From NCBI GenBank assembly GCA_016839445.1, contig JAEOUG010000141.1, positions 1 through 45,578 of the forward strand: a stretch of DNA of 45,578 bases. Direction: 5' to 3'. Positions 18,269 to 28,550 of this stretch are shown here, one piece after another (the first letter of the stretch is position 1; every line of letters starts with the position of its first letter). The stretch comes from Candidatus Thorarchaeota archaeon. Lineage in GTDB: Archaea > Asgardarchaeota > Thorarchaeia > Thorarchaeales > Thorarchaeaceae. The notes beneath the pieces were generated by a model, which was not told the DNA's origin, made no database searches, and saw nothing but the letters and a program-made list of their open reading frames with translations. A program made the translations under genes and the position numbers.

Positions 18269-20162
18269 TACTTGACCTCCTTTCTCTGAATGTGCCAAGG
18301 TAGAAGAGGAATTCCCTTAGGTCGGGTCTGTTCAACAGCCACGTTCCTGTGCTTTCAATCATTCCTCTGAATTGGTTGTAGTGGTATTTGGCCACCTTGT
18401 CGGCCACGTAAAGCGGCTTCAGATGTCCGAAGAGCTCAGGAATGCTTCGGCTGGTCATCATCTCAAAGAGACGCACTATGAATCTCTGTATTGGATTGTC
18501 TTGCCCCTGGTAAAAGATCACATCGACCTGTTCTGGGCTGTCAGGGCGATTCTCATAGTCATGTTTCAGACTGACCATCTTCTCCGTTTGGTCATCATAT
18601 CCCTCATAGACAAGCCTGTCGTAGAGAAGGACGTTACTGCGCAGTTTCGGCTCACTGGCTGCCTGACAGAGCTGGAAGTACGCCTTCAGGAATGTCTTCT
18701 CAAGTGAAATCTGGTTTCGTCTTGCGCCAGAAACAAGATTGGGTTCACGTTCAAGGTGTGGCACGATTGTCTTGAACGCGGTGTCGTATTCTACCGATGC
18801 CCAAGGCACTGCCAGCTTGTCACGCTCCTGAAGTGACACCCATTGAAGGATCATGCGGTCTGTGTCCGGAGTATCGTGCCCGGGGCCTCCCAGAGTTCCC
18901 TTGAATCTACCGACGTAGTTCAGAACTGGCAACACCTGTCTCTTCAAGTCCCTAGCGGAAGTGTCCTTCGCGACACCGATGAGGAGAGTCTTGTTCTGCC
19001 AGGCCTTCTCTATGGCCAAGTACAACGACATGAGGCTTAGGAACGAGAGATCATTGGTTGTTATCCACTTACCTCCGACTTTGAATCTCTCTTCGTAACT
19101 GACCTTCGGGTCATTCGAGAACATCCGTCCGCAGACCTCCCTCACCAGGCTCTCAATTCTCTGGCGGATGTCGCGGTACTGTGGCTTAATCACGAACTCC
19201 TTGCCCTTTCTTACTATGATGCCTTCTGCATCTCTGGAACCCCGAATGCCCTGCTCAAGTTCCTTGTCCAGTCTTGCCCTTCCCGAGTCACCTGTCAGCG
19301 ACAGCCGGTCGTACAGCTGCTCTCTTGTCAGTCCCATTGTTTCATCTGCCAGGAGCTCGGCAATAACCCGTGGCAGTAGATACTCTCCCCGCGGCGCCGG
19401 GGTTCCCAGTCGTAGATTTCCCAGCAGCTTTCGTGCGTAGACCCATTCGGACTTGTTGAAGGGTCTGCCTCCCATCTTGTATCCGATGAGGCCGCACTCA
19501 TGGTCGAGATTCACTCTGAAGTCAGAGGTTTCTGCATAGAACGATGCAACCTCCGAGGAGAACACTCTATCAAGGAGAAGAATGTCGACGGGATTCTCTC
19601 CGCTCAGTAGCCAGTACGCTAGATAGAACTCTGAGAGGCCCATCAGGTAGTCTGCAAAGGCCGAATTATCGATTACGTAGGCATCGCTAAACGTGACGCT
19701 CTCGTCTGGGGATCCGTCTTCTGCCCGGACCAGTAGTGTCTGGTCAATCGATGGCACCTCATTGATATAGACCGGGAGAACACTGGAAACGCCAAAACCT
19801 CTCTCCAGATAGTTCTCCTCGTACGAGAGATTTGCCTCACCTTTGTCACCAATCTTGATACTCCCGTGTGCCGAGTATGCCCCCGCGAAGAATATGACGA
19901 GGTCGAAGACGTCCTGCTTCAGGATAGTGCCGTCAATGCCTGCAAAGGTCAGTTCTCTCTTTCCGAAGAACCTGTCAATGAACTCGAGGTCGAACTCCTT
20001 TGCCTCGGCGGAGATGAGCAGTCTTGACAGAACCCCATCGTAGACGCCTCTTAGGCCCTCGAACTTGCTCTTGTAGTCGTCTACCTGCTTTCTGGCCCCG
20101 CCTAGAAGGAGATCTCCTGTCTGTCTAAGACTACGACCGATGAAAGAGCTATCATCGTCCAT
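18243..20162 (-). CDS. NurA-family nuclease, enlarged
   Basis: FAGIDGT, LSEFYLA, LLLDR, IGVAKD and GH..PL..ADK.AK match NurA/RNase H-fold motifs; coupled to a HerA gene; about 640 aa. Confidence 0.8.
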   Translation of the reverse strand: MDDDSSFIGRSLRQTGDLLLGGARKQVDDYKSKFEGLRGVYDGVLSRLLISAEAKEFDLEFIDRFFGKRELTFAGIDGTILKQDVFDLVIFFAGAYSAHGSIKIGDKGEANLSYEENYLERGFGVSSVLPVYINEVPSIDQTLLVRAEDGSPDESVTFSDAYVIDNSAFADYLMGLSEFYLAYWLLSGENPVDILLLDRVFSSEVASFYAETSDFRVNLDHECGLIGYKMGGRPFNKSEWVYARKLLGNLRLGTPAPRGEYLLPRVIAELLADETMGLTREQLYDRLSLTGDSGRARLDKELEQGIRGSRDAEGIIVRKGKEFVIKPQYRDIRQRIESLVREVCGRMFSNDPKVSYEERFKVGGKWITTNDLSFLSLMSLYLAIEKAWQNKTLLIGVAKDTSARDLKRQVLPVLNYVGRFKGTLGGPGHDTPDTDRMILQWVSLQERDKLAVPWASVEYDTAFKTIVPHLEREPNLVSGARRNQISLEKTFLKAYFQLCQAASEPKLRSNVLLYDRLVYEGYDDQTEKMVSLKHDYENRPDSPEQVDVIFYQGQDNPIQRFIVRLFEMMTSRSIPELFGHLKPLYVADKVAKYHYNQFRGMIESTGTWLLNRPDLREFLFYLGTFRERRSSIEQSRRLS

Positions 20163-20217
20163 GTGATCCCCACAGTCTCCTTGTGTACATCTAGCCACGC
20201 AATCGCCAATAAGAAGA

Positions 20218-21540
20218 TTACTCGGCAGTACCGAGAGTGCCCTCCTCTGCCTTGGCCACGGGCCTCATCGCGCGCAGCGCGAGAGCGAGCACTGCAATCA
20301 TCACGAAGCTGAAGATGCCCGAAAAGAGGAAGACCAGCCGGAGGCTTGACCACGCCTCCCAGAGGAATGCTCCTAGGTTGTATGCCACAAGGCTTCCTAC
20401 CGCTATGAAGAAGTTGTACGTCCCAAGTGCTCTGCCCTTCCGTTCCCTCCCGGCCCCTCGAACGACGAGAGTCTTTTCTGCCCCAATCCAGAGCGCAATC
20501 GGCAAAGCCCATGTTATGTTGAGTGCCCAGAGGGCGAACAGACCTGTAGCGGCTGAGAACACGAGAATCAGCATGCTGTTTCCCACCAAGGTTGCCACCA
20601 TGGCTCCCTTCAGATTCCTGTCGGCAAAATCACCTGCTTTGCTCAGAAGAGCGGCGCTGGTGAGTGAGAAGCCGCTCCATGCGTAACCGTACATTTGAGG
20701 GCTGATGCCGCCCCATTCACCCACAACCAGGTTTCCTAGATATGCTACTGAGGCGCGATAGATGATGACGTATCCGGCCATTGCCAGGGTGAATTTCCAG
20801 AAGTCCCCACCCAGACCTCTAATGGTGACCACTGGGCCAGCCCTTGCCTTGTCTATCACCTTCTTTTCAAGTGATTCACCAATGAACGCCAGAGTCGCCA
20901 TCAGGGCAACGATCGAGCCAATACCTGCAACAAGATGGAGGTCACTAGCACCATACCCAAGGTCCATCAGTAGTGACGCCGCTATAGGGCTCGTTCCATC
21001 CACAATGAAAGCAGGGAGCAGCACAACGTTGAATATCCTGGCTGAGTTTCTGCCGGTTGTGACAGCAATCTCGTCTGCTGCTATCGCACTGGATACGATG
21101 ATGACGAAGGCCCAACCGAACATGATGAGCGCATACTCGACCAATATGATTGGCCACCATGGTGCGAACCTGAGTCCTACAAGGCCCACTGACATAGGAA
21201 TGAAGGATAGGGCCATTGTGTTCCTCCGGCCGATGAGATCGGCGATGGTCCCCGAGAGAATATAGCCGATTATTGTTGCCGCGGTTCCGACACTGAAGAC
21301 CAGCCCAATCTCCCATTTCTGAAGGACCACACCGAACGTAGAGGCTAGGTCGAATTCCAGGAAGATACTGAACTCCCATGCCCAGAAACTCATTGAGAAT
21401 TGCGCGAGACCCACGACCAACGCCATTCGCCAGAGGCTACCAGTGAGACCGTAGAATCCCCTGGAGTTACTCCCCTGTTCAATGGGAGTATCACTGGCTA
21501 CCTGATTCTCGTCGTGCGTCAAGCAGGAATCACATCGCAT
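20218..21540 (-). CDS. MFS transporter
   Basis: About 12 TM; motif A GTIADLIGRR; ERKGRALG motif. Confidence 0.9.
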   Translation of the reverse strand: MRCDSCLTHDENQVASDTPIEQGSNSRGFYGLTGSLWRMALVVGLAQFSMSFWAWEFSIFLEFDLASTFGVVLQKWEIGLVFSVGTAATIIGYILSGTIADLIGRRNTMALSFIPMSVGLVGLRFAPWWPIILVEYALIMFGWAFVIIVSSAIAADEIAVTTGRNSARIFNVVLLPAFIVDGTSPIAASLLMDLGYGASDLHLVAGIGSIVALMATLAFIGESLEKKVIDKARAGPVVTIRGLGGDFWKFTLAMAGYVIIYRASVAYLGNLVVGEWGGISPQMYGYAWSGFSLTSAALLSKAGDFADRNLKGAMVATLVGNSMLILVFSAATGLFALWALNITWALPIALWIGAEKTLVVRGAGRERKGRALGTYNFFIAVGSLVAYNLGAFLWEAWSSLRLVFLFSGIFSFVMIAVLALALRAMRPVAKAEEGTLGTAE

Positions 21541-21670
21541 CCAGCGGAGCCCAATCTGCTTAAGAGACTGACTGTTCCCAGCCGGGTCCGGTCAACGTAT
21601 CACACAATGCTTAAAGTGTAGGAGTCATGAAGCAAGCTTGCAGAGACAATAGAAGAGAGGCCTCAAATCA

Positions 21671-23686
21671 GTGATTACTCTGGAAGGTGCAGATCTTAGG
21701 CTCAATCGTGCAATCACTTTCGAATGGTTGTACACGAATGGCCTCGGCGGTTACACATCTTCCACTATCGTTGGACTCAACTCACGGGGCTATCATGGTC
21801 TCTTGGTATCGTCGTTGTCCCCTCCAGTTGATCGATGGCTGACCCTTTCCAGACTTGACGAAGTACTGGTCAATGTCGAAGGCGAATGCAACCTCAGCAG
21901 TCAACAGACGACAGATGGTGTGACTCATAGGGGTTACAGATACCTGAAGCGATTCGAGCTCAATCCTCTCCCACAGATGATCTACAAGACTGGCTGTGTC
22001 GAGCTCGAGAAGACGGTCTTCATGGCTTATCGACGGAACATCACTGTTGTGAACTATGAACTGAAGAACACAGACGAAACGATATTCACAGTCACTCCTT
22101 TGCAGACAAACAGAGACATCCATGCAAGGTCTCCTCGACTTGACTTCACTCCTGAGTTCGAGGCCATCGACAGTCACTCTTTCTTCTCTTTTGACGAGAG
22201 ACCCAACAGCCCCTGGATGTATTCGTACACGCCTGATGCGGAGTTCATGCTAAGCCACAAGAGAGTGACTGAGCCACAAGTATATCGAAAAGACAAGGCC
22301 ATGGGACTTCCCCACGAAGAGGAGCTGATCATCCCCGGCGTGTTCCACACGGTCCTAGAACCAGGTGAGCACTTCCTCTCTTTCCTTTTCGCTGTGGGTA
22401 CGAGTCGCAAGAATCTCATGAAGGACTTGGGGCCTCTCGCAAAGGCCGAACGCAAGGACTTCGCCAAGCTACGTTTCGAGGAGCTCAGAAGGAGGAAGAT
22501 CCTGAATGACAGGGCCTACTCCATGTCTGCACGAGAGAGAGATGAAGACATAGAGTGGCTCGTCCTCGATGCAGACACATTCATTGTTGACCGTGTTTCT
22601 ACGAACATGAGGTCCATCATCGCTGGCTATCACGAGCTCGCAGATATCGGTCAGGATGCAATGGTCGCGCTACCTGGTCTGACCATGTCCATAGGCCGTT
22701 TTCAGGATGCTCGCGCGGTCTTGACCAACTACGCTCGTCACTCACGCTACGGACTTGTACCGAATGACTTTCCTGACCGAGGCATTCAGCCCGAGTACGA
22801 CTCCGTCGACGCCTCGCTCTGGTTCATCATGGCCGTTCGGAAGTATCTGGAGTGCACGAACGATGTTGAGTTCCTGCGCGGAATCATCTGGGATACCATG
22901 GAGTCAATAATAGCCGCATACAGGATAGGAACGAAGTTCAACATTCATGAAGACCACGATGGCCTCATAATCTCAGGCATCGAAGGAGTTGAGGTCTCGT
23001 GGATGAATGAGCAGATAGAGAACTGGACGGCAACCCCAAGGATTGGGAAGTGTGTCGAAGTGAACGCTCTATGGTACAATGTGCTGATGGCCATGGGGGA
23101 GATGTCTGAGCTTGTTGGTCGCGACCCGTACGAGTTCCGAGCTGTTGCGTCCTGGATAAGGGAAGCCTTCGACCAAGCTTTCTGGAGTGACGAGCTTGGC
23201 TATCTCTATGATGTTGTCACCGCTGAGGAGAGTGATGGCTCTATCCGCCCCAATCAGATCTTTGCCATTAGCCTTCCGCATCCTCTTCTTGAGGGTAAGA
23301 AGGCTCACTCAGTCCTGAAAACAGTGACAAAAGAACTCCTCACACCTTTTGGATTAAGGACGCTGTCCCCCTCCGATAGACGATACGCAAGAGCATACAC
23401 TGGCGGTCCTCGAAGTCGCGCTGCAGCTGCGCATCAGGGAACTGTGCATCCTTGGCTCATTGGACCATACATCAGCGCTTGGCTCAATCTGATGGGTCGT
23501 ACTCCGGAGAACATGGCAGAGGCTGAGAAGGAGTTCTTCAGACCCGTGCTTAGCGCTGTGCGGCGTGGCTGTCTTGGAACTGTCTCGGGGATGTTTGATG
23601 GTTCAAAGCCTCATCGAGATAGAGGCTGCGTTTCGAGAGCTCGGTGTGTTGCCGAGCTTCTTCGTGTGTACTTCGATGAGCTGTGA
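21671..23686 (+). CDS. Archaeal-type glycogen debranching enzyme (GDE_N + GH133) homologue, probably catalytically inactive
   Basis: EWLYTNGLGGY.SST, YHGLL, G..PN.F, VDASLWF, R.GK.VEVNALWYN, IRPNQIFA, TPFGLRTL, HQGTV.PW; catalytic motifs altered. Confidence 0.9.
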   Translation: MITLEGADLRLNRAITFEWLYTNGLGGYTSSTIVGLNSRGYHGLLVSSLSPPVDRWLTLSRLDEVLVNVEGECNLSSQQTTDGVTHRGYRYLKRFELNPLPQMIYKTGCVELEKTVFMAYRRNITVVNYELKNTDETIFTVTPLQTNRDIHARSPRLDFTPEFEAIDSHSFFSFDERPNSPWMYSYTPDAEFMLSHKRVTEPQVYRKDKAMGLPHEEELIIPGVFHTVLEPGEHFLSFLFAVGTSRKNLMKDLGPLAKAERKDFAKLRFEELRRRKILNDRAYSMSARERDEDIEWLVLDADTFIVDRVSTNMRSIIAGYHELADIGQDAMVALPGLTMSIGRFQDARAVLTNYARHSRYGLVPNDFPDRGIQPEYDSVDASLWFIMAVRKYLECTNDVEFLRGIIWDTMESIIAAYRIGTKFNIHEDHDGLIISGIEGVEVSWMNEQIENWTATPRIGKCVEVNALWYNVLMAMGEMSELVGRDPYEFRAVASWIREAFDQAFWSDELGYLYDVVTAEESDGSIRPNQIFAISLPHPLLEGKKAHSVLKTVTKELLTPFGLRTLSPSDRRYARAYTGGPRSRAAAAHQGTVHPWLIGPYISAWLNLMGRTPENMAEAEKEFFRPVLSAVRRGCLGTVSGMFDGSKPHRDRGCVSRARCVAELLRVYFDEL

Positions 23687-23740
23687 ACTCGCTCAATTCT
23701 AGACACGGGGAACCAGAGCGGCATCACATGTGCAGAGCGC

Positions 23741-24646
23741 TCATTTGGCAGGATATGCTGACGCCTCTGCCCTGAAGTCCTGTCCGAGGCTGAAGATGTC
23801 CTTTGGATTCGCCACGATGAAGGCGAATCTGAAGGTCTCTGTTGTGGCTGTGCTGGACCAGAAGATGTACTCCGGAGGAATGATGAACGAACTTTCCCAC
23901 TTCTTACATACGGCCTTGAAATGGGCCTCTGCTGCTCTCTTGGAGCATGTGCGGTCAATCTCGATGTCAAACGTGTACCTATAGACCTCGTCCCCCTTCG
24001 TGAGGAACCTGAGCTTGTCAACCGCGTTGTCGAAGCGAGAGTCTTCATCGTCATCGTCGTCGAATATCGATCGATGATACTCCTGCCCTCTTTCGTCGAA
24101 GTAGTCATCAATCCTCACACGGAAATTGGTCATTCTGGAATCGATAGTCATGGAGTTGGGTACGAATTGCCGAGTGTGGTCTAGCCTCAGGATTCGGGTG
24201 TAGTTCAGTGTGATCTCTAGGACTATGCCCTCGGACTCGCCTAGCCGAATGTAGTCGCCTACTCTGAAAGGTCTGGCGAGTAGAACATAGATGCCGCTTA
24301 CGATGTTCGAGAGCGCCTTCGAAAACGCGAGGCCTATGGCTGTGCCCATGAGCGCTCCGCCCGCCAGGATGTATCCCTTGACATCGTCATCAACTAGGAG
24401 AAGCAGAGTGAGCAGTGCCACAGTGAAGAAGAATAGTCGCACGCCAAACACAGTTCCGCTTGTGGCTTCACGAGGCGCTCCAACCTTCTTGAAGGAGACC
24501 TTGATGGATCTAATGACGATGAGGTATAGCACGTAGAGGAACGCGTAGAAGGGGATGGATGCGACGACACCTGCGTACGCCTGCAATCCAAACGGGGCGA
24601 GCAGAAGCCTGATGTAATCGACGAAGTAAGTGAAGAGATCCTGCAA
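23741..24646 (-). CDS. MscS-family mechanosensitive channel
   Basis: GTAIGLAF..ALSNIVSGI..L..RPFRVGDYI..G..EG.V.EI.L.YT, VPNS. Confidence 0.9.
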   Translation of the reverse strand: MQDLFTYFVDYIRLLLAPFGLQAYAGVVASIPFYAFLYVLYLIVIRSIKVSFKKVGAPREATSGTVFGVRLFFFTVALLTLLLLVDDDVKGYILAGGALMGTAIGLAFSKALSNIVSGIYVLLARPFRVGDYIRLGESEGIVLEITLNYTRILRLDHTRQFVPNSMTIDSRMTNFRVRIDDYFDERGQEYHRSIFDDDDDEDSRFDNAVDKLRFLTKGDEVYRYTFDIEIDRTCSKRAAEAHFKAVCKKWESSFIIPPEYIFWSSTATTETFRFAFIVANPKDIFSLGQDFRAEASAYPAK

Positions 24647-24933
24647 TTCCTGTGTCGGCCTCTTAGTTTGATGGCGTTGTGGTGCTCCTGTGGTGGATTA
24701 ATCCTTTGTGGATTGGCCCCACTACATACACGAGATATGAATGAATCATCCATAATACATTATATACAATCCTGTACGAGATTATGTGCAGTCATTGGTT
24801 TACTCCATCAGAGGTCAAGAGGAAAGGACCTTGATGAACACGCCCTCGAACCAAAAGCAAGCCACCTGCCCAACTTCGAGATCACACAGCTCTGGGTATA
24901 CGCAGCACGCCTTGCTTTGGCTGAGGTGATAAT

Positions 24934-27900
24934 ATGAAGAAGATCAATACGATTCTACTAATCACGTTGCTTTTCGTCAGTATCGCAGGTGCAGCCGCAC
25001 AGGTATCTGCTCAGACAGCTGCAGACCCCATAATGGGTGTCGGTTGGTACGTAGAGGAAGACACTAGGCAGTTTGAGCACACAGAGGCGACTTCGGACTG
25101 GATTTTTGGTCCGCAGCCATCTGTTTGGATCGGATATGCGGAGAACCTGACTGATATTGCAGAAAACCGATACAGAGTGGAGCTCGGCGACCAATTGCTG
25201 ATAAACATCACAATTCCGAAGAGCTTCTTGGGTGCAGGCAGTGTTCTGGATTCCGTCCAATTCGGAGGGATTCAGGCGGGCCTTGAGAGACGCGCTTCCT
25301 TTTTCGGTCTTGAGTACAATCTCACGTCGGACCGGTGGAACAGCGCAAGCTTCGTCTACACTCCAGTGTCTGATGTGCCATCTGCTGCTGGCTTTGTGAC
25401 GTTGCAGTCCGGCAGCTGCGAGTTCCATGAGGACTCAGAGCAGTACGTCGTCGTCTTCGCGATTACCTACTATTTGGCGATACCTCCGGCCGTCTTCAAC
25501 ACAGTGCTTCAGACAATAGACTCAGATGGGAAGCCTACAGTGGCGCCTTGGATTGCAGCTTCCGTTCGCGGACAGCAATACAGTCCACCAATTGGCTTCG
25601 GAATGCCTGTGAACCCATTCGACTTCTCGTTGCCTGACTACTATTACGCTGAGATTGTTGATGAAACCGGTAGCATCCTGCACTACGCCGATGTGAATGA
25701 CACCTTCATCGTAAGGATGCTCTCTACAGCTCAGCTTGGCGAGGCTCTCATCCCCTTTGCCCAGCTGACTTGGGATGATTCCTACATGATAACAGAGAAC
25801 TGGACCTTCCCAGTGGGGCTTGAATTGAGCAGCGCTGTTCTTTTCAACAACGACGTCAACTGGGAGCAGAGAGAGGTTGAGCTCTACCCGACCATGTTCC
25901 TGAAGCTGAACAGCACGGATGCCTACGCAGTAGCCGGGTATCTTGATGTTGACTGGGAATGGATTGACCTGGGTGGAGGTCTTGGAATGTGGTTCCCGCA
26001 TCTTCTGGTGATCGAGAACTCAACCATCGACCTGTCCCGGTACTACGTTGCTGATGATGGATTTACTGGGACCTTTGATGACCGACACAGAGTTCAGTGG
26101 GGTGGCTACTTCACAAACGAGACTGATATGGACCCGGGCTACGGGTACGGTGGAACCATCCGAACAGAGATGGACCTCGTCACTGTGCTTGATGTGAATG
26201 GCGAGCCAGTCTACGCTCGGCCTGAGATTCGCGCCAGAGAGACAATGAAGCTGGCCTTCCGCTCGTCTTTCATTGAGGCATTCGTCTACGACATGAGTGG
26301 CAACATCGCTGATGTGGCCCAGCAAGGAGAGCCCCTCAACCTGACAATGTTGGTTCATCGCAACTACGATGAGATCAATGGTTCCATAATCGTCGAACCC
26401 GAGCCTGGAGCAAGATTCAACATAACGCAGAGGCTCAAGGACCTCACATTGGAGGTAACAGGTTCTGCCATGGACAGCAACGACACACACTACTGGCGAG
26501 TAGATATCACACATACAATGGTACTTGACCTCGAGTTTGACAACTTCACAACAAGCTCGAGTTATCGGGTGTCCATGTTCCTTAAGGGAGGGACACACCT
26601 CTGGACTGTCACTGTTCCTGAGAACCATTGGGCTGTCTCAGAGTTCAGCATAGAGATGGGAGAGGACCTCACAACATTGGAGGTGCTTTTCAGCTTCGAT
26701 GCAGATGCTCCCTCAATGGTAATCGAGAACGCGAGAGTGAAGGTTGGCGCTATCCAGAATGTGAGAATCTGGGATCCCTTCAACTCCACTTGGGGCTACC
26801 CGTGGTGGCTCCTTAGTGCAGGACAGGTTACAATAGGCGAGTACATCCTCCTTGTTGCATCATGGACTGACCACTATGCGCAGGTTGACCTGTCGTCAGA
26901 CACCCTCTGGAGTCCGAACCACCTTCGCCTGGGTGACATACCTACATGGAGACCTCCCGTCTGGACAGTCACTGATGATGGGGCAATAGACCTTGATGGC
27001 AATGTGTTTACCACAGAGGACCAGTACTACATCCTACGGACTGGCTACTGGCATGATTGGGGCAACACGACCATTGAAGGAATGCGCGTCGACCTCGGGT
27101 TCGACCCAACGCCTGGTGAGAATGGCGATGAGTTCTTCTCAAGCAACTGGATGGGCGTCGTGCAGATGAACATCTGGTTCGAAGCCAATGAGACCTTCTA
27201 CTGGTATCACGCTGGCGACGGGTCACCTGTCAGTGCTAGCGAGATGGCTGAGATTCAGGACCTAATGTGGGCTGACTATGACGATGATCTCCCGACTCCG
27301 GGTTACGAGTATGTATCTTGGCTGTCCAAGAATCGTACGTTGGATACGAGTCTCATTCCGGGCCTCGAGAGTGGTCGCTGGTCAACAACCTGGTTCGCAT
27401 GGGGCACTGCGCAGACGTTCGCAGTAGCAGTTTCTCAGACCCAGGCCACCGCGGCCCACTTCAGGGCTGAGTACGCAGGGCTCCTGATCTTCAATGATGG
27501 AATCGGGCCCACTGAGAGCGCTCCTGACTTCTCGATTGAAGCTGGTCAAGTTGTGTCAGACGAGGTCACTCACCTTGTTCTCATAGACAGTGTTGGCAGT
27601 GTTGAGCTTCGGAGACCGTTCGGGGCCACAAACAACACTGGACTGGTCTACGTGGATCCGTCAACGGAGGTCACGTTTGGGGTTTCCATCTACGATGTCG
27701 ACGTGACCATCTATCCTCTCAGGGTAGAGCACTCCTCTGCACTCAGAGGCGCGTGGGACTTCAGACAGTCCTATGAGGGCTCTATGGGGCTCAATGCGAC
27801 AAGCTTTGACTACTGGGTGACACAAGCCACAGTTGATGAGATGTCCTTTGACATTAGCTTCTCTGTTGACATGGTTGACTTTGATAGTCAGGACCCAACC

Positions 27901-28491
27901 AAGTGGAACCATGCAGTCGAGTTCAAGGTCGACCAGAGGTTCGGTGACTGGACCCTCCACGACTTCGACAACACTGTTCTGGACGGTCGGAGTCTGGCTG
28001 TGAACTTCTTCGGTGTCTTGGCAACAGGCACACGCACTAGCTACACCGCTGGTGAGCGACCTGTGACGGACACCAATGGAGCCAGCCTTGATGCATCATA
28101 CTACCAGTTCGGATCTGAGAGCAGTCCCTTCGCTAATGTCACGATGGGTGGACTTCCCTACACCTGGGGCGGCGATGGTCATTCACAGATCCACTTCTCT
28201 GGGTCATCAACCGCGCCTATTGGTGCCTTCAGCATCATGTACGAGTCGGCATCAGGCACATCTGTCACCAACTGGAACATTGAGGCTTCGATGCTCTTCA
28301 TGACAGCAGGCTATGAGAACTGGGGTGGACAAGACATAATCTGCGACCCCGTGTTCGTGGCCTACACAAGTGCATCTCAGTCCGGAGGGACCACCTTCGC
28401 TGGCGAAGGTAATCCCGCCATGCTATACATTGCCGTTGGTGGCTTTGTTGCACTGGTTGTCACAGTGTGCGCTCTCTACCGCAGAAGGTAG
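24934..28491 (+). CDS. Large membrane-anchored surface (S-layer-like) glycoprotein
   Basis: GAGGTGA SD; MKK + hydrophobic signal peptide; acidic, Trp/Tyr/Thr-rich beta-type body with N-glycosylation sequons; C-terminal TM + RRR. Confidence 0.8.
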   Translation: MKKINTILLITLLFVSIAGAAAQVSAQTAADPIMGVGWYVEEDTRQFEHTEATSDWIFGPQPSVWIGYAENLTDIAENRYRVELGDQLLINITIPKSFLGAGSVLDSVQFGGIQAGLERRASFFGLEYNLTSDRWNSASFVYTPVSDVPSAAGFVTLQSGSCEFHEDSEQYVVVFAITYYLAIPPAVFNTVLQTIDSDGKPTVAPWIAASVRGQQYSPPIGFGMPVNPFDFSLPDYYYAEIVDETGSILHYADVNDTFIVRMLSTAQLGEALIPFAQLTWDDSYMITENWTFPVGLELSSAVLFNNDVNWEQREVELYPTMFLKLNSTDAYAVAGYLDVDWEWIDLGGGLGMWFPHLLVIENSTIDLSRYYVADDGFTGTFDDRHRVQWGGYFTNETDMDPGYGYGGTIRTEMDLVTVLDVNGEPVYARPEIRARETMKLAFRSSFIEAFVYDMSGNIADVAQQGEPLNLTMLVHRNYDEINGSIIVEPEPGARFNITQRLKDLTLEVTGSAMDSNDTHYWRVDITHTMVLDLEFDNFTTSSSYRVSMFLKGGTHLWTVTVPENHWAVSEFSIEMGEDLTTLEVLFSFDADAPSMVIENARVKVGAIQNVRIWDPFNSTWGYPWWLLSAGQVTIGEYILLVASWTDHYAQVDLSSDTLWSPNHLRLGDIPTWRPPVWTVTDDGAIDLDGNVFTTEDQYYILRTGYWHDWGNTTIEGMRVDLGFDPTPGENGDEFFSSNWMGVVQMNIWFEANETFYWYHAGDGSPVSASEMAEIQDLMWADYDDDLPTPGYEYVSWLSKNRTLDTSLIPGLESGRWSTTWFAWGTAQTFAVAVSQTQATAAHFRAEYAGLLIFNDGIGPTESAPDFSIEAGQVVSDEVTHLVLIDSVGSVELRRPFGATNNTGLVYVDPSTEVTFGVSIYDVDVTIYPLRVEHSSALRGAWDFRQSYEGSMGLNATSFDYWVTQATVDEMSFDISFSVDMVDFDSQDPTKWNHAVEFKVDQRFGDWTLHDFDNTVLDGRSLAVNFFGVLATGTRTSYTAGERPVTDTNGASLDASYYQFGSESSPFANVTMGGLPYTWGGDGHSQIHFSGSSTAPIGAFSIMYESASGTSVTNWNIEASMLFMTAGYENWGGQDIICDPVFVAYTSASQSGGTTFAGEGNPAMLYIAVGGFVALVVTVCALYRRR

Positions 28492-28505
28492 TACATAGAT
28501 CAAGT

Positions 28506-28550
28506 CGGAACCCGAGCAGCGGGCTCGGCGTTCCGCACTTCTTTTCTTTC
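28506..28550 (+). terminator. Hairpin + pyrimidine/T tract between convergent genes
   Basis: CGGAAC-CCGAGC-agcgg-GCTCGG-c-GTTCCG followed by CACTTCTTTTCTTTC, just after the surface-protein stop. Confidence 0.6.

Noticed and set aside
21671-23686. Pseudogene call for the debranching enzyme
   Set aside because: Frame is intact and structural motifs are conserved; losses are concentrated in active-site motifs.
24806-24836. SECIS element or known riboswitch
   Set aside because: No in-frame TGA in adjacent genes and no recognisable consensus match.
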